In this document: in pieces, positions 38,201 to 51,165 of the stretch
How positions within the stretch are numbered: the first letter of the stretch is position 1
Layout of the letters: each line of letters starts with the position of its first letter
Assembly (NCBI GenBank): GCA_051530055.1
Contig: CM121343.1
Location: 4,248,389 to 4,312,388 of the forward strand
Direction of reading: 5' to 3'
DNA length: 64,000 nucleotides
Source: Neoechinorhynchus agilis
Taxonomy: Eukaryota; Animalia; Acanthocephala
The notes under the pieces: model-generated
Database searches by the model: none
Told to the model about the DNA's origin: nothing
What the model saw: the letters and a program-made list of their open reading frames with translations, nothing else
Program-made: the position numbers and the translations under genes

Positions 38201-38718
38201 AAGACATTGAAACTGACGGTAATTCTTATAAATCGTAAGAAACGGGCTAATTATCCATCGTTGCCTTTAGATCACATCTCGCATTACTCTGACAGCTGCA
38301 TTGGTTCCCTATGTGGCGAAATGGCGCAAGACCGCAACCAAATATTCAAGGTACTAGCAACTAAAGTGCATTAATTAAACGATTTTTATATAAATTGCAT
38401 TTAATAACAAATATATATCCCATCTAATCAATCACGTGGAATGTGATTTGTGTAAATGTAAATCACCCACGAGTTCGGTATCAAAAATATGAAGTCACTT
38501 CTACACCATTAACACGTTAGCGCATGCTTCGATGATCAAAACAATACTGGTAGGTTGAAATTTCAGCCGAACGGCCTAGAAATCATCAAAACGCCGACAA
38601 TTAAAAATATTCCATCGGGCCGCCAATAAAAAGCGAGAGCTAATAATACTGTCCAATAAGAAAACAGTTGACTTTTTGTTTATAAATTGAATTTTTGTTA
38701 CCGTAAATTGATAGAAAT

Positions 38719-39948
38719 TCAATTTTTATTGACATAATTTGGAACTTTCAGACATGGATGGGACGGAAATATGTAATCATCAGGCATAAGAATTGTATTT
38801 GGTCGATTCTGTGAAGACACAAAGATGTTTGGATTAGCTCCAAAGTTATCCTGATAACCGGACACATTTGGGTATGAGGATACAAATTCGAATCCGGATG
38901 GATATCGCATGAAACATGCATTTTCAAAGGCAGGAGAAGACTGGGTCTGCGACTGCGGAGATATATACATGTTTGGAGTTCTTGGGCAATTAAAAGAGCT
39001 GTTGATGCCATTAACCGACACAGGATAAATCATTTGAACATTTTGTGCCGACTGCGATGTTCCCTGCACCATTGGTAATACCGTTGCCGTAATGCCCATT
39101 TCGTGATAATAGACATTCTCCAGAACACGCGCATCAGTGGTTGGATTTTGGGACGGATGTTGCTGCTGTTGGATGCTGCTATATGGATGCCTGTTGGTTT
39201 CGCTTGGCCAGTCAAGTCTCGTATTATAATAATTACTAGCGCCATTCACGTAATTCGGTATATATGTCGACGAATCAACATCGACTTGCGCTCCGTCGAC
39301 GACTGCCGTTTGCTCATTTTCGCAATAATTAAGAGTAGACTTATCATGATTCACGTTATTTTGGCTAGAGCCTTTTCGAAAACCTCGAGGTCTCCGCCGG
39401 AACGAGCCTTCTTCAAACATGTATTCGCAGCCTGGAGCCAAAGTCCAATAGTGTCCCTTTCCAGGTTTTCCGACTGCTTTAGGTAATTTGACAAAACATT
39501 CATTAAGACTTAGATTATGCCTCACTGAATTTTTCCAGCCTTGATATTTCCCTCTAAAAAATATGAACTTGTGTTGTAAGAACGAATATATTTCGTTTAG
39601 TGTCATTCGTTTGTTAGAAGAGCTTTGGATGGCCATAACGATCAGGGCGATATATGAGTACGGAGGTTTTTCAGGATGCCTGCATGGTGGCTTCCGTTTA
39701 AGAGTGATGACGTCGTCCTTATTATGATCAGGATTTCCCGTTCGATTTTTTCTTGAGTTTTCCGTACGTGTATCATTTGCGCAGTTGACTTCTTGTTTGA
39801 ATTTTTTTATTTCACTTTGATGTGTTCGGTGTAGATCATCGTTTACAAGTTCGACGTTTTTAGCTTCTCTTTTTCTGCGAGAAGATCCGTTAGTAAAATT
39901 TAAAGAAGCATCCGCCGCCGATTTGACGGCAGTGTTGTCACAATTCAT
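38719..39948 (-). CDS. FoxF: Forkhead transcription factor, FoxF class, intronless
   Basis: [18 protein letters not shown]...[37 protein letters not shown]...[15 protein letters not shown] is the FoxF-type forkhead domain. Confidence 0.93.
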   Translation of the reverse strand: MNCDNTAVKSAADASLNFTNGSSRRKREAKNVELVNDDLHRTHQSEIKKFKQEVNCANDTRTENSRKNRTGNPDHNKDDVITLKRKPPCRHPEKPPYSYIALIVMAIQSSSNKRMTLNEIYSFLQHKFIFFRGKYQGWKNSVRHNLSLNECFVKLPKAVGKPGKGHYWTLAPGCEYMFEEGSFRRRPRGFRKGSSQNNVNHDKSTLNYCENEQTAVVDGAQVDVDSSTYIPNYVNGASNYYNTRLDWPSETNRHPYSSIQQQQHPSQNPTTDARVLENVYYHEMGITATVLPMVQGTSQSAQNVQMIYPVSVNGINSSFNCPRTPNMYISPQSQTQSSPAFENACFMRYPSGFEFVSSYPNVSGYQDNFGANPNIFVSSQNRPNTILMPDDYIFPSHPCLKVPNYVNKN

Positions 39949-40798
39949 GTAGAACGACTGAGATGTATGATATATACGCGTCTGAAAAGTTCACAAGAAA
40001 ATAAACAAATGAAGAATGCGTGCTTAGTTTAACCTTCAGGCGGGCGTACGCATGTAAACAACGTTCGGTGTGTGTATAAACAAAGGGATAAATATTGCAA
40101 AAAGAGAAATATTCCGACACATTAGTAGCGTGTTAAGATTCTGTGTGGCACCATAATCCTTCCTACGCTGAGTAGAAGCACGTTCCATGCCATTGTCGTG
40201 TAATATACAAACACTTGGTAGGCACAAGGTGCGGCGGCGGCGGCAAAATGGTGTGCGACAGGATTTCAGCGTAAGAGCGCGTCGACCAATAGGATATTTC
40301 CCTGCACGGCTAAACGAAGCTTGAGACACATGCCGTGCTCTCAAGTCAAACATGCCCCCAATCTAAACTATTGCTTATCCGATGCAACAAAGTAGTGTGT
40401 GTAGACCTATTACCATGCCTAAGACTCCAGGCAAGATTGAGACGACATATGTGCCACATACAAAACACTGATGCTCTCTGTCAATGTCTCTACACTGAAG
40501 TTAGCCGCCACAATGTAATATGCAAGAACGCAGCAGCAGCAGCCAATAGCGATCTATCACATATTATTCGAACAAGGCTATATTAATTAATGCGTCGAAA
40601 AACACCACATTAATCAGCCAATGAACGAACACCTTTACATCCAATGAAATCCAAATAACGTCAATGACCTTACTTTTTTAACCAATTTATGCAAAAATGT
40701 TCCCATAATACTCGCATTTTCGCCGGTAAAGTGTTCTGAGACTCATTTACTAAATCATAATGCAAAATTTTTATTAGTAGTCCCTCATTATCATCCCA

Positions 40799-41410
40799 TA
40801 ATTTTCTGAATAAAACAGGGGTCGCTGCCGGCTAAACATTTTGCCGCTATTTCATATACGAAACCTGGAACCGTTAAAAAATTTTATTGGAAATAATTAT
40901 TAGTCACACAATACTAGCCAATATTTTCTGAATAAAACATGGGTCGCTGCCGGTTAAACATTTTGCCGCTATTTCATATACGAAACCTGAAACCATTATA
41001 TTTTTTATTGGAGATAATTATTAGTCACACAATACTAGCCAATATTTTCTGGATAAAATTTTTTGATTGTCTATCGCCATTAGAGCATCTTGCTGCCGTG
41101 TCATCATATACGAAATGAGGATGCAGAAATCGTAAACCATTAATTTTTATTAGAGATAATTAGTAGTCCCAAAATGAACAAAATTTTTATTTGCCGATCA
41201 CCGGCTGGACATTTTGTGGCTATTTCATATACGAAGTGATGCTACAAAAAAATTTAGTTCCGTAAAACCGACCGATATTTTTATAAATAAATAATTTGAT
41301 TGTTGGTGCCGATAATTTTGAAAAATCCGAACGGATTAAGTTTTTTTTATGAGCTAATAATTATTCCTATGACACCAGCGGATATTTTGTGAATAAAACA
41401 TCGGAATGTG
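40799..41410. repeat. ~121-bp tandem duplication followed by degenerate copies
   Basis: ATTTTCTG unit starts at 40801, 40923 and 41044. Diverged ACATTTTG..GCTATTTCATATACGAA copies continue to about 41400. Confidence 0.8.
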
Positions 41411-41529
41411 GGTGGCGATTTCAAAACGACGCCTCGAAAATCCTGGATATTTTTCGTACCGATGAGTACATTAGTTACCTCGCGAGGAGTCTTTTGTTTT
41501 AATTCTTGCTTTTTTTGTAGCGTTAAGCT

Positions 41530-41742
41530 TTAAATACTATTGTAAGGGTCGCTAAGTGTCTCCACAAATATAATGCTGACCTTTACGAAGCTTTGAAGCC
41601 GCAGACGAATCCAACGTTCGCGCTGCATATTTTCCCATGCATCATTTGACGAGGTTTCGCTTGATATGTGGCCATATAAACCCTTCAAGGAGTGCACATA
41701 AATTAAGCCAATGCAGAAACTTAACAGAAAGAATTTAGGCAC
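41530..41742 (-). CDS. Possible first exon of a small secreted protein
   Basis: ATG followed by a signal-peptide-like MPKFFLLSFCIGLIYVHSLKG, with a candidate donor after LQSFVK. No family recognised. Confidence 0.3.
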   Translation of the reverse strand: MPKFFLLSFCIGLIYVHSLKGLYGHISSETSSNDAWENMQRERWIRLRLQSFVKVSIIFVETLSDPYNSI

Positions 41743-43467
41743 TCACGATCTATAATCATAACTCATATCCCAACTGATCGATTGCATTACTCATTTCCCC
41801 CCATCCCGCTGATGGATTCTGATCGACTGGTGCACTACTCATCCAACTGCGGGCGCATTAGGCTCTAAGCGTGCTTCGCATCTGGCCCAGTAAATTACGG
41901 ATAATGTATTTCGGTGATCGATTTATCGTTGCAGCAGCAGCAAGGGGCGTGGTCTGTTCAGTGCTCTATTGAAACAGCCATCCTTAAAGTGTAAGGAAAT
42001 CACTTCATCGTGCAAAGTCGAAATATTGCCGAAAAATATTACTGGTTAATCAAAGTTCATATCAGCGATGTCACACTGACTAATTAGGTTCCCTAGTGTC
42101 TTATTGATCTAATCAGATTTAATATTGACAACGCCTAGTGTGCCCGTTGATCTATCAAAACGAGAGACAAACGGTGTGTAACCTGGCGCTTCTAGCACAT
42201 TGAAACTATTTCGATTTCACAATTTTTTTCGATTAAGAGAACGTTCAACGAACCTCGTAGGGCTCATCCTTATTCGACGAGCGCGTAAAATCGACATATT
42301 TCAGTTTAATAATCAACGAAAAACATTTCTCTTCGCAATAATTACAGCCATGTCACTAAAATGCCACATAATTGAATTCAGTAGAATAAACATTAACTAT
42401 TTTCCTTCTATTTGGATTTGGGCAGTGCCGCCTTCCATATGTACTTCGTTGCGACCAATTAATGCATTCTTAAGCAGCTGGCTAATTTCGGATAAGCTTT
42501 TAAGGTTAGATGGAGCGTGGACAGGTAATTCACGTCGGTTGGATTTTTCAAAATAACCAATCATGGAAAAATCCGAATATAATGAATAATTACAAGAGAT
42601 AAGGCAAACGATGTGCGAACCAATGAGCTAACAGACATCTCGATAGAGGGCTAAATAGCTTTGAAAGTCAACGTGTATCGTAATAAAGTAAAATTAACTT
42701 TAATTGCCTCATCTGATGCTGTTTTTGATTGGTGCATAAAGTGATGTAATTTCATCCGCGTTGATATTCGATCAATGTGTCAAACTAGTTCAAAAGGGCT
42801 AAAAACCGCGTATAAATTGTAAACTTACCCAATTTTCGGGTATAAAGGTAAAATAACATTTCTTTGAAAAATTTCATGCCTGAACGGATTGTCGACCAAT
42901 AAAAAAAGTTTTATTTTAATTACCATCATTCGTATATTAACCCGGAAATTGAAGTCTGTCGAATGGCGACAAATTTTTTTTTGAAAAATTGTAATCGACT
43001 TTAGCATTAATTGTGATTATTTATTGAATAAAAACGCTTATAACTCAAATGTTTGTGCAGTTTGCAAATTAAAAGATTTGCTTTTAAATGAGAAGTGTTC
43101 TTAGGAATTTCTTAACAGCTTGTATTGATTGGCGACAAGATATTCTTACCAAATGGAACTATAAGACAAAGAATGTGGTACGTATTAACGCGTGAAGTTA
43201 GCTTTTAATTTGTTTGACGCCAACTGTTGTACTTCGATAAAGGACGGATGCTGTTTTGTACCAAGAGATGGGATCGATAAGCGAGTAGCGTTTGATCGCG
43301 TGAAAAATGGAGAACAAGAAGATTACAAAGCGGTTCCCTTTTTAGTCGACAATGAGAATACAGCCAATATATTATTTCTGCGAAACATTGTCGTTGCTTT
43401 TAAGTGATATCTCACAATAAAGAGACAATCTCTTTTATTGGCTTTTTTGCCTTTTCACCAGTCAAGA

Positions 43468-44172
43468 TCAATGTCTCAAGACAATTGATGCTTCACCAAG
43501 AACGAATGAACCTTCTGGTTCGTGGATTATCGATTCTTTGCATAAAATAGTTCTAGTGGTAGCGTTGGAATAGTCTTTGAGCAACTTTCCTGTGAAAACG
43601 GCATCGACTGAACATTGTGTTTCGGGTTGATTGGTATGACTGGTCTCTTCATCAATGGTATCTTCATCTCGTTCGGTATGGTCAATCACATTTGCGTTCA
43701 GTTGCATTCTGTATTTTAATGCCTTTAGCTTTCTTGCTTGTATTTTCTCCTCTTCTTGTGGATCAGATCCAAACTTTAACAAATATTCTGGGCAATTGCA
43801 ATAACCAGGATTCGGTTGCGGTATCTCGTAGCGTGCTGGACCATGCTTATAGGTACGTTTGAAGAACGATCTGTACTTAGATTTACTATGGAGGCTCATG
43901 GCATCAAATTTTGAATCATCTTTTTCAGATTGTGTTTCTTTATTAGGCATTTCTCTGCACGATGAAGGCCTCTGAGTGGCTGCCATTAATTGCTTGTAAC
44001 TTTCATTTTCTACAAAAGGACGTAAATCATTCAATTTGTTTAAGTAATCATCAGAAACTATGTGGGTGATGTAATCAAGTAAATCCTCATTCACAAAATA
44101 TTTCTCTTGGTTGCTTTCGGCATTGTCAACGTATTTGATCAGTTTATAACTTAGATTTGGCTCCTGCGACAA
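43468..44172 (-). CDS. Uncharacterised exon-like ORF (~230 codons)
   Basis: Long open frame in AT-rich DNA, preceded by an acceptor-like GTCGCAG, with hydrophilic protein-like composition. No domain recognised. Confidence 0.45.
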   Translation of the reverse strand: MSQEPNLSYKLIKYVDNAESNQEKYFVNEDLLDYITHIVSDDYLNKLNDLRPFVENESYKQLMAATQRPSSCREMPNKETQSEKDDSKFDAMSLHSKSKYRSFFKRTYKHGPARYEIPQPNPGYCNCPEYLLKFGSDPQEEEKIQARKLKALKYRMQLNANVIDHTERDEDTIDEETSHTNQPETQCSVDAVFTGKLLKDYSNATTRTILCKESIIHEPEGSFVLGEASIVLRH

Positions 44173-44601
44173 TTTAAAATCCGTACTTCAGGATATCTTA
44201 ATTTGGAAGGTGAGATTTAAAAAATTAAGGACGAACAAAATTTAAATGACATCGAAAACGGATGATTTTGCATCCTATTCTAACTTCTGGCTTAATTCAT
44301 TCAGCTCAAAATTGCCTACATCTCAATAAAACGAACGACATTAGAACGGTTATATATGAAGAATGTCATTTTATCTTTTATTTTCATGGCTCACCTATCG
44401 TTGGACATTTTGATTTGTCATCAATAAAAATCCTTTGAGAAATCCCCCGGATAAAAAATATTTTATTGAGATATTTCGAAAGAGGAAGTTCGCATCATTG
44501 TAAAAGTTTTTCTGTGTAAGATCGTATAACGAATAAAATATTTTCTATCCAGGATTGTGATCACCGCATTTCCATTTTGATTTGCGTATTATTATTTTTA
44601 C

Positions 44602-44858
44602 CTGCATAATTGTTGTGCAGTGGCGGCAAAATTAAGGTAAATTTATTGAATCGATATTTCGGCTCAATCTAAAACCTTTATCAAGATTGTTAAAATAGTG
44701 AAAAATAATAGTTAACGAACTTTCATTGCGAAAGAGCTACATAACTTTGTTATTTTTCACTATTTTAACAATCCTGATAAAGGTTTTAGATTGAGGCGAA
44801 ATATCGATTCAATAAATTTATATAATTTTTATCGCCACTCCACAACAATCATGAGCAG
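44602..44858. repeat. Foldback element: ~107-bp arms, 41-bp spacer
   Basis: 44602-44708 pairs with 44750-44858. The inner ~70 bp are nearly perfect and the outer part is more diverged. Confidence 0.9.
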
Positions 44859-45089
44859 TTTCATTTTTCAAGCAAACCTGAATAATCGCCGATCTAAGTG
44901 TGAGTTAGCAACGGGCTTTATGAGGTTAAAAGCAGGTTCACCTTGCAAAAAAGAATAAAAGTGAAATATTTCGTATATATTATGCTCATGTGAAGACTGG
45001 ATCATTTTTGAGTTTTCTATCATAAAAGAAATTCATCATTGCAATCTATTAGGACTAGAAAGCCTAAACCTGTAAAACTTAAAACTATT

Positions 45090-46030
45090 ATGTCAAATTT
45101 TGAAATATGTCTTCGGTAAGGTTCACTACACACACACTAAATCTATTCTTTGCCCTAAGAACGAGTTAAGAGGTCCTGAACTTGATGAATGTTTTACTTT
45201 TCCATCTGCTAAGAAAATAATCTCTTTCCATTTGCGTTCAGACTTTACTTTTTTGCCGAGTCTCTTTAATATCCAACGCACCGATTGTGGTCGACCATTT
45301 TTGATCCACGAAATAAAAGTAATGAAAGCATCATTATCTGGACATACAGGAACACCTGTCAACTTCCCAGAAAAGATTAAACGATTTCTGACTGCCTAAA
45401 ATAGTCTTGACGATTAAAGTCTAAATTTAAATCTTACTTTTAAACCGTTTGTGAAAGCATCGCGTTCTTTATCATTAACACTACAACCATATACGCTCTT
45501 CAAGAAAATCTTCCTCAATTCTTTATTTAAATCACCGTCCTATTGATTTTAAGAGAACTAAAGCATCCGATTTATGTAACGAATGGTACCTACCATTTTT
45601 TTCTGCAGATCACATCGCTCATTTATTTCATCCGCAGATGTTCCGAGATGGATTGGGAGGTTCTTTGGAATCAATAACTTTTTGCCTGCACCTTTCATGA
45701 AATCTCTGTAAACCTAGTACGCAATCAAACATTAAGTAAAGATTCAATGGGGATTAAATATCTTTTGAAACAAGCGATTCTATCGTTAATAGAAAATAAT
45801 AAAAATATATTGAAAGCGAATATTATAAAACACATTAAATTGGCAAAAGAAAAATCCTTTGGGATGATAGAGTTGGAGTTGTGGTGATACACAAGGTCCC
45901 CGGACCTTGGAAATGGAGATACCAAGTGGCCGAACTCAAACCTTTTTTCATGACTGACGAGACTTCCTCTTTCGAAATATCTTCTATAAAATAAGCTTCA
46001 TCCGGGCGGGGATTATGATCACCACATCTT
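45090..46030 (-). CDS. Possible spliced orphan gene
   Basis: Open segments are separated by short GT-AG intron-like gaps (GTAGGT...AATAG; GTAAGA...TTTTAG). The upstream part is unresolved and no homology was recognised. Confidence 0.3.
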
Positions 46031-46552
46031 TAACATTTAATTATAATCCATATTGCATTTACCAAGTTAAAAATACAAATACTGCTAACATCAATTGATT
46101 TAAACCCTTCAAGCTCACTATTTTTTGCGACTAGAATAGATATCGCATACGTAGCTTCTATGAGCAATCAGTTGATCGAAAGGAAAAACAGTGTATATTG
46201 AACACTGAGTTAAATATTTGGACGGGCTTGCCATCATTCAAAAGATGACCGCGAAAATCGTATAAGAATTTAGTATAATTTCAAATTCTCTAAATGAGTT
46301 GATGTGACAATTTTTTGACGCGACGAGATGTGAAAGATCTTAACGTGCAATTGTTGTACTTTACAATTCATGAGGGCAAAAACCAATCTCGAATTCAGTG
46401 ACGGAAAAATGCAACGGTCAACGATTGCATAATGAATTACTTTCTGAGTTTGTGAAATTTAAGAGTTAATCCTTAAACCAGTCGCAACAAAGAAGCTATG
46501 GTATACATTTGGCCCAAATTTTTTTTATCGTACGATAACGCCTATTGGAGCC

Positions 46553-49500
46553 ACCGCTCGGGATCACTGAGCTGCATTTGTGGTGTTATGGTCGAAATGA
46601 CGGATACTGTTCCCCACTCTCTCGTTGCAGAGTCAGACTAAGTCGTACAATGTGAATAAAAGATTGGAGTTTAATAGTATTTTAAAGGAAAAGTATCTAT
46701 TTTTGCCAAAGTTCGTTATTTCTCCGCTATAGCTTAATAGAAAAACTTGCCATTTTCAACGTTTTACCCTTCAACGATACCGCTCGGGATCACTGAGCTG
46801 CATTTGTGGTGTTATGGTCGAAATGACGGATACTGTTCCCCACTCTCTCGTTGCAGAGTCAGACTAAGTCGTACAATGTGAATAAAAGATTGGAGTTTAA
46901 TAGTATTTTAAAGGAAAAGTATCTATTTTTGCCAAAGTTCGTATTTCTCCGCTATAGCTTAATAGAAAAACTTGCCATTTCGTTGCAGAGTCAGACTAAG
47001 TCGTACAATGAATAAAGATTGGAGTTTAATAGTATTTTAAGGAAAAGTATCTATTTTTGCCAAAGTTCGTTATTTCTCCGCTATAGCTTAATAGAAAAAC
47101 TTGCCATTTTCAACGTTTTACCCTTCAACGATACCGCTCGGGATCACTGAGCTGCATTTGTGGTGTTATGGTCGAAATGACGGATACTGTTCCCCACTCT
47201 CTCGTTGCAGAGTCAGACTAAGTCGTACAATGTGAATAAAAGATTGGAGTTTAATAGTATTTTAAAGGAAAAGTACTATTTTTGCCAAAGTTCGTATCCC
47301 CAACAAAAAAAACAACAAAACACAAAAAAAGATTGGAGTTTAATAGTATTTTAAAGGAAAAGTATCTATTTTTGCCAAAGTTCGTTATTTCTCCGCTATA
47401 GCTTAATAGAAAAACTTGCCATTTTCAACGTTTTACCCTTCAACGATACCGCTCGGGATCACTGAGCTGCATTTGTGGTGTTATGGTCGAAATGACGGAT
47501 ACTGTTCCCCACTCTCTCGTTGCAGAGTCAGACTAAGTCGTACAATGTGAATAAAAGATTGGAGTTTAATAGTATTTTAAAGGAAAAGTATCTATTTTTG
47601 CCAAAGTTCGTTATTTCTCCGCTATAGCTTAATAGAAAAACTTGCCATTTCGTTGCAGAGTCAGACTAAGTCGTACAATGTGAATAAAAGATTGGAGTTT
47701 AATAGTATTTTAAAGGAAAAGTATCTATTTTTGCCAAAGTTCGTTATTTCTCCGCTATAGCTTAATAGAAAAACTTGCCATTTTCAACGTTTTACCCTTC
47801 AACGATACCGCTCGGGATCACTGAGCTGCATTTGTGGTGTTATGGTCGAAATGACGGATACTGTTCCCCACTCTCTCGTTGCAGAGTCAGACTAAGTCGT
47901 ACAATGTGAATAAAAGATTGGAGTTTAATAGTATTTTAAAGGAAAAGTATCTATTTTTGCCAAAGTTCGTTATTTCTCCTATAGCTTAATGAAAAACTTG
48001 CCATTTTCAACGTTTTACCCTTCAACGATACCGCTCGGGATCACTGAGCTGCATTTGTGGTGTTATGGTCGAAATGACGGATACTGTTCCCCACTCTCTC
48101 GTTGCAGAGTCAGACTAAGTCGTACAATGTGAATAAAAGATTGGAGTTTAATAGTATTTTAAAGGAAAAGTATCTATTTTTGCCAAAGTTCGTTATTTCT
48201 CCGCTATAGCTTAATAGAAAAACTTGCCATTTTCAACGTTTTACCCTTCAACGATACCGCTCGGGATCACTGAGCTGCATTTGTGGTGTTATGGTCGAAA
48301 TGACGGATACAGTTTCCCGCCCTCTCGTTGCAGAGTCAGACTAAGTCGTACAATGTGAATAAAAGATTGGAGTTTAATAGTATTTTAAAGGAAAAGTATC
48401 TATTTTTGCCAAAGTTCGTTATTTCTCCGCTATAGCTTAATAGAAAAACTTGCCATTTTCAACGTTTTACCCTTCAACGATACCGCTCGGGATCACTGAG
48501 CTGCATTTGTGGTGTTATGGTCGAAATGACGGATACTGTTCCCCACTCTCTCGTTGCAGAGTCAGACTAAGTCGTACAATGTGAATAAAAGATTGGAGTT
48601 TAATAGTATTTTAAAGGAAAAGTATCTATTTTTGCCAAAGTTCGTTATTTCTCCGCTATAGCTTAATAGAAAAACTTGCCATTTTCAACGTTTTACCCTT
48701 CAACGATACCGCTCGGGATCACTGAGCTGCATTTGTGGTGTTATGGTCGAAATGACGGATACAGTTTCCCGCCCTCTCGTTGCAGAGTCAGACTAAGTCG
48801 TACAATGTGAATAAAAGATTGGAGTTTAATAGTATTTTAAAGGAAAAGTATCTATTTTTGCCAAAGTTCGTTATTTCTCCGCTATAGCTTAATAGAAAAA
48901 CTTGCCATTTTCAACGTTTTACCCTTCAACGATACCGCTCGGGATCACTGAGCTGCATTTGTGGTGTTATGGTCGAAATGACGGATACAGTTTCCCGCCC
49001 TCTCGTTGCAGAGTCAGACTAAGTCGTACAATGTGAATAAAAGATTGGAGTTTAATAGTATTTTAAAGGAAAAGTATCTATTTTTGCCAAAGTTCGTTAT
49101 TTCTCCGCTATAGCTTAATAGAAAAACTTGCCATTTTCAACGTTTTACCCTTCAACGATACCGCTCGGGATCACTGAGCTGCATTTGTGGTGTTATGGTC
49201 GAAAGGACGGATACTGTTCCCCACTCTCTCGTTGCAGAGTCAGACTAAGTCGTACAATGTGAATAAAAGATTGGAGTTTAATAGTATTTAAAGGAAAAGT
49301 ATCTATTTTTGCCAAGTTCGTTATTTCTCCGCTATAGCTTAATAGAAAAACTTGCCATTTTCAACGTTTTACCCTTCAACGATACCGCTCGGGATCACTG
49401 AGCTGCATTTCTGGTGTTATGGTCGAAATGACGGATACAGTTTCCCGCCCTCTCGTTGCAGAGTCAGACTAAGTCGTACAATGTGAATAAAAGATTGGGT

Positions 49501-50878
49501 TTAATAGTATTTTAAAGGAAAAGTATCTATTTTTGCCAAAGTTCGTTATTTCTCCGCTATAGCTTAATAGAAAAACTTGCCATTTTCAACGTTTTACCCT
49601 TCAACGATACCGCTCGGGATCACTGAGCTGCATTTGTGGTGTTATGGTCGAAATGACGGATACTGTTCCCCACTCTCTCGTTGCAGAGTCAGACTAAGTC
49701 GTACAATGTGAATAAAAGATTGGAGTTTAATAGTATTTTAAAGGAAAAGTATCTATTTTTGCCAAAGTTCGTTATTTCTCCGCTATAGCTTAATAGAAAA
49801 ACTTGCCATTTTCAACGTTTTATACTTCAACGATACCGCTCTGGATCACTGAGCTGCATTTCTGGTGTTATGGTCGAAATGACGGATACAGTTTCCCGCC
49901 CTCTCGTTGCAGAGTCAGACTAAGTCGTACAATGTGAATAAAAGATTGGAGTTTAATAGTATTTTAAAGGAAAAGTATCTATTTTTGCCAAAGTTCGTTA
50001 TTTCTCCGCTATAGCTTAATAGAAAAACTTGCCATTTTCAACGTTTTACCCTTCAACGATACCGCTCGGGATCACTGAGCTGCATTTGTGGTGTTATGGT
50101 CGAAATGACGGATACTGTTCCCCACCCTCTCGTTGCAGAGTCAGACTAAGTCGTACAATGTGAATAAAAGATTGGAGTTTAATAGTATTTTAAAGGAAAA
50201 GTATCTATTTTTGCCAAAGTTCGTTATTTCTCCGCTATAGCTTAATAGAAAAACTTGCCATTTTCAACGTTTTATACTTCAACGATACCGCTCTGGACCA
50301 CTGAGCTGCATTTCTGGTATTATGGTCGAAATGACGGATACAGTTTCCCGCCCTCTCGTTGCAGAGTCAGACTAAGTCGTACAATGTGAATAAAAGATTG
50401 GAGTTTAATAGTATTTTAAAGGAAAAGTATCTATTTTTGCCAAAGTTCGTTATTTCTCCGCTATAGCTTAATAGAAAAACTTGCCATTTTCAACGTTTTA
50501 TACTTCAACGATACCGCTCCGGACCACTGAGCTGCATTTCTGGTATTATGGTCGAAATGACGGATACAGTTTCCCGCCCTCTCGTTGCAGAGTCAGACTA
50601 AGTCGTACAATGTGAATAAAAGATTGGAGTTTAATAGTATTTTAAAGGAAAAGTATCTATTTTTGCCAAAGTTCGTTATTTCTCCGCTATAGCTTAATAG
50701 AAAAACTTGCCATTTTCAACGTTTTATACTTCAACGATACCGCTCCGGACCACTGAGCTGCATTTCTGGTATTATGGTCGAAATGACGGATACAGTTTCC
50801 CGCCCTCTCGTTGCAGAGTCAGAGTAAGTCGTACAATGTGAATAAAAGATTGGAGTTTAATAGTATTTTAAGGAACAA
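46553..50878. repeat. Tandem satellite, 226-bp unit, ~19 copies
   Basis: ACCGCTC recurs at 226-bp spacing (46553/46779; 48256/48482/48708). There are some truncated units and polarised variants. Confidence 0.97.
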
Positions 50879-51165
50879 AGTAAGTTTTGAATAAGTGGAG
50901 AAAAGGTTGAAGCAACAGAAATCAGTCAGAGAAGGTATTGGAAAAACCAATGGAGGATTCGATTTTTGGTTTTTGTAAAAGGGAAAAGGCAGTAAGAAGT
51001 AGAAGGAAGCGAGGAGAAAGATTTAAAGAAAATAGGATGGAAACGATGTGCGGACCGGCATTCTTTAGCAATTAATAAATGCGCTTAAAATGCGAAAGAA
51101 AGTTGATTTACTACGTCACGCAAAAACCGAACGCTTGCAGGTTCTTGGAACGTATTTAATCTGGA

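Noticed and set aside
46553-50878. CRISPR array or spliced-leader RNA gene array interpretation of the tandem repeats (also 8.9 and 31.5 kb)
   Set aside because: No unique spacers or cas genes. No convincing leader-donor plus Sm-site plus stem-loop arrangement could be assigned.
50880-51060. Purine-rich segment after the satellite, possibly a LINE fragment
   Set aside because: Compositionally like the 14.2-kb relic, but no diagnostic translation.
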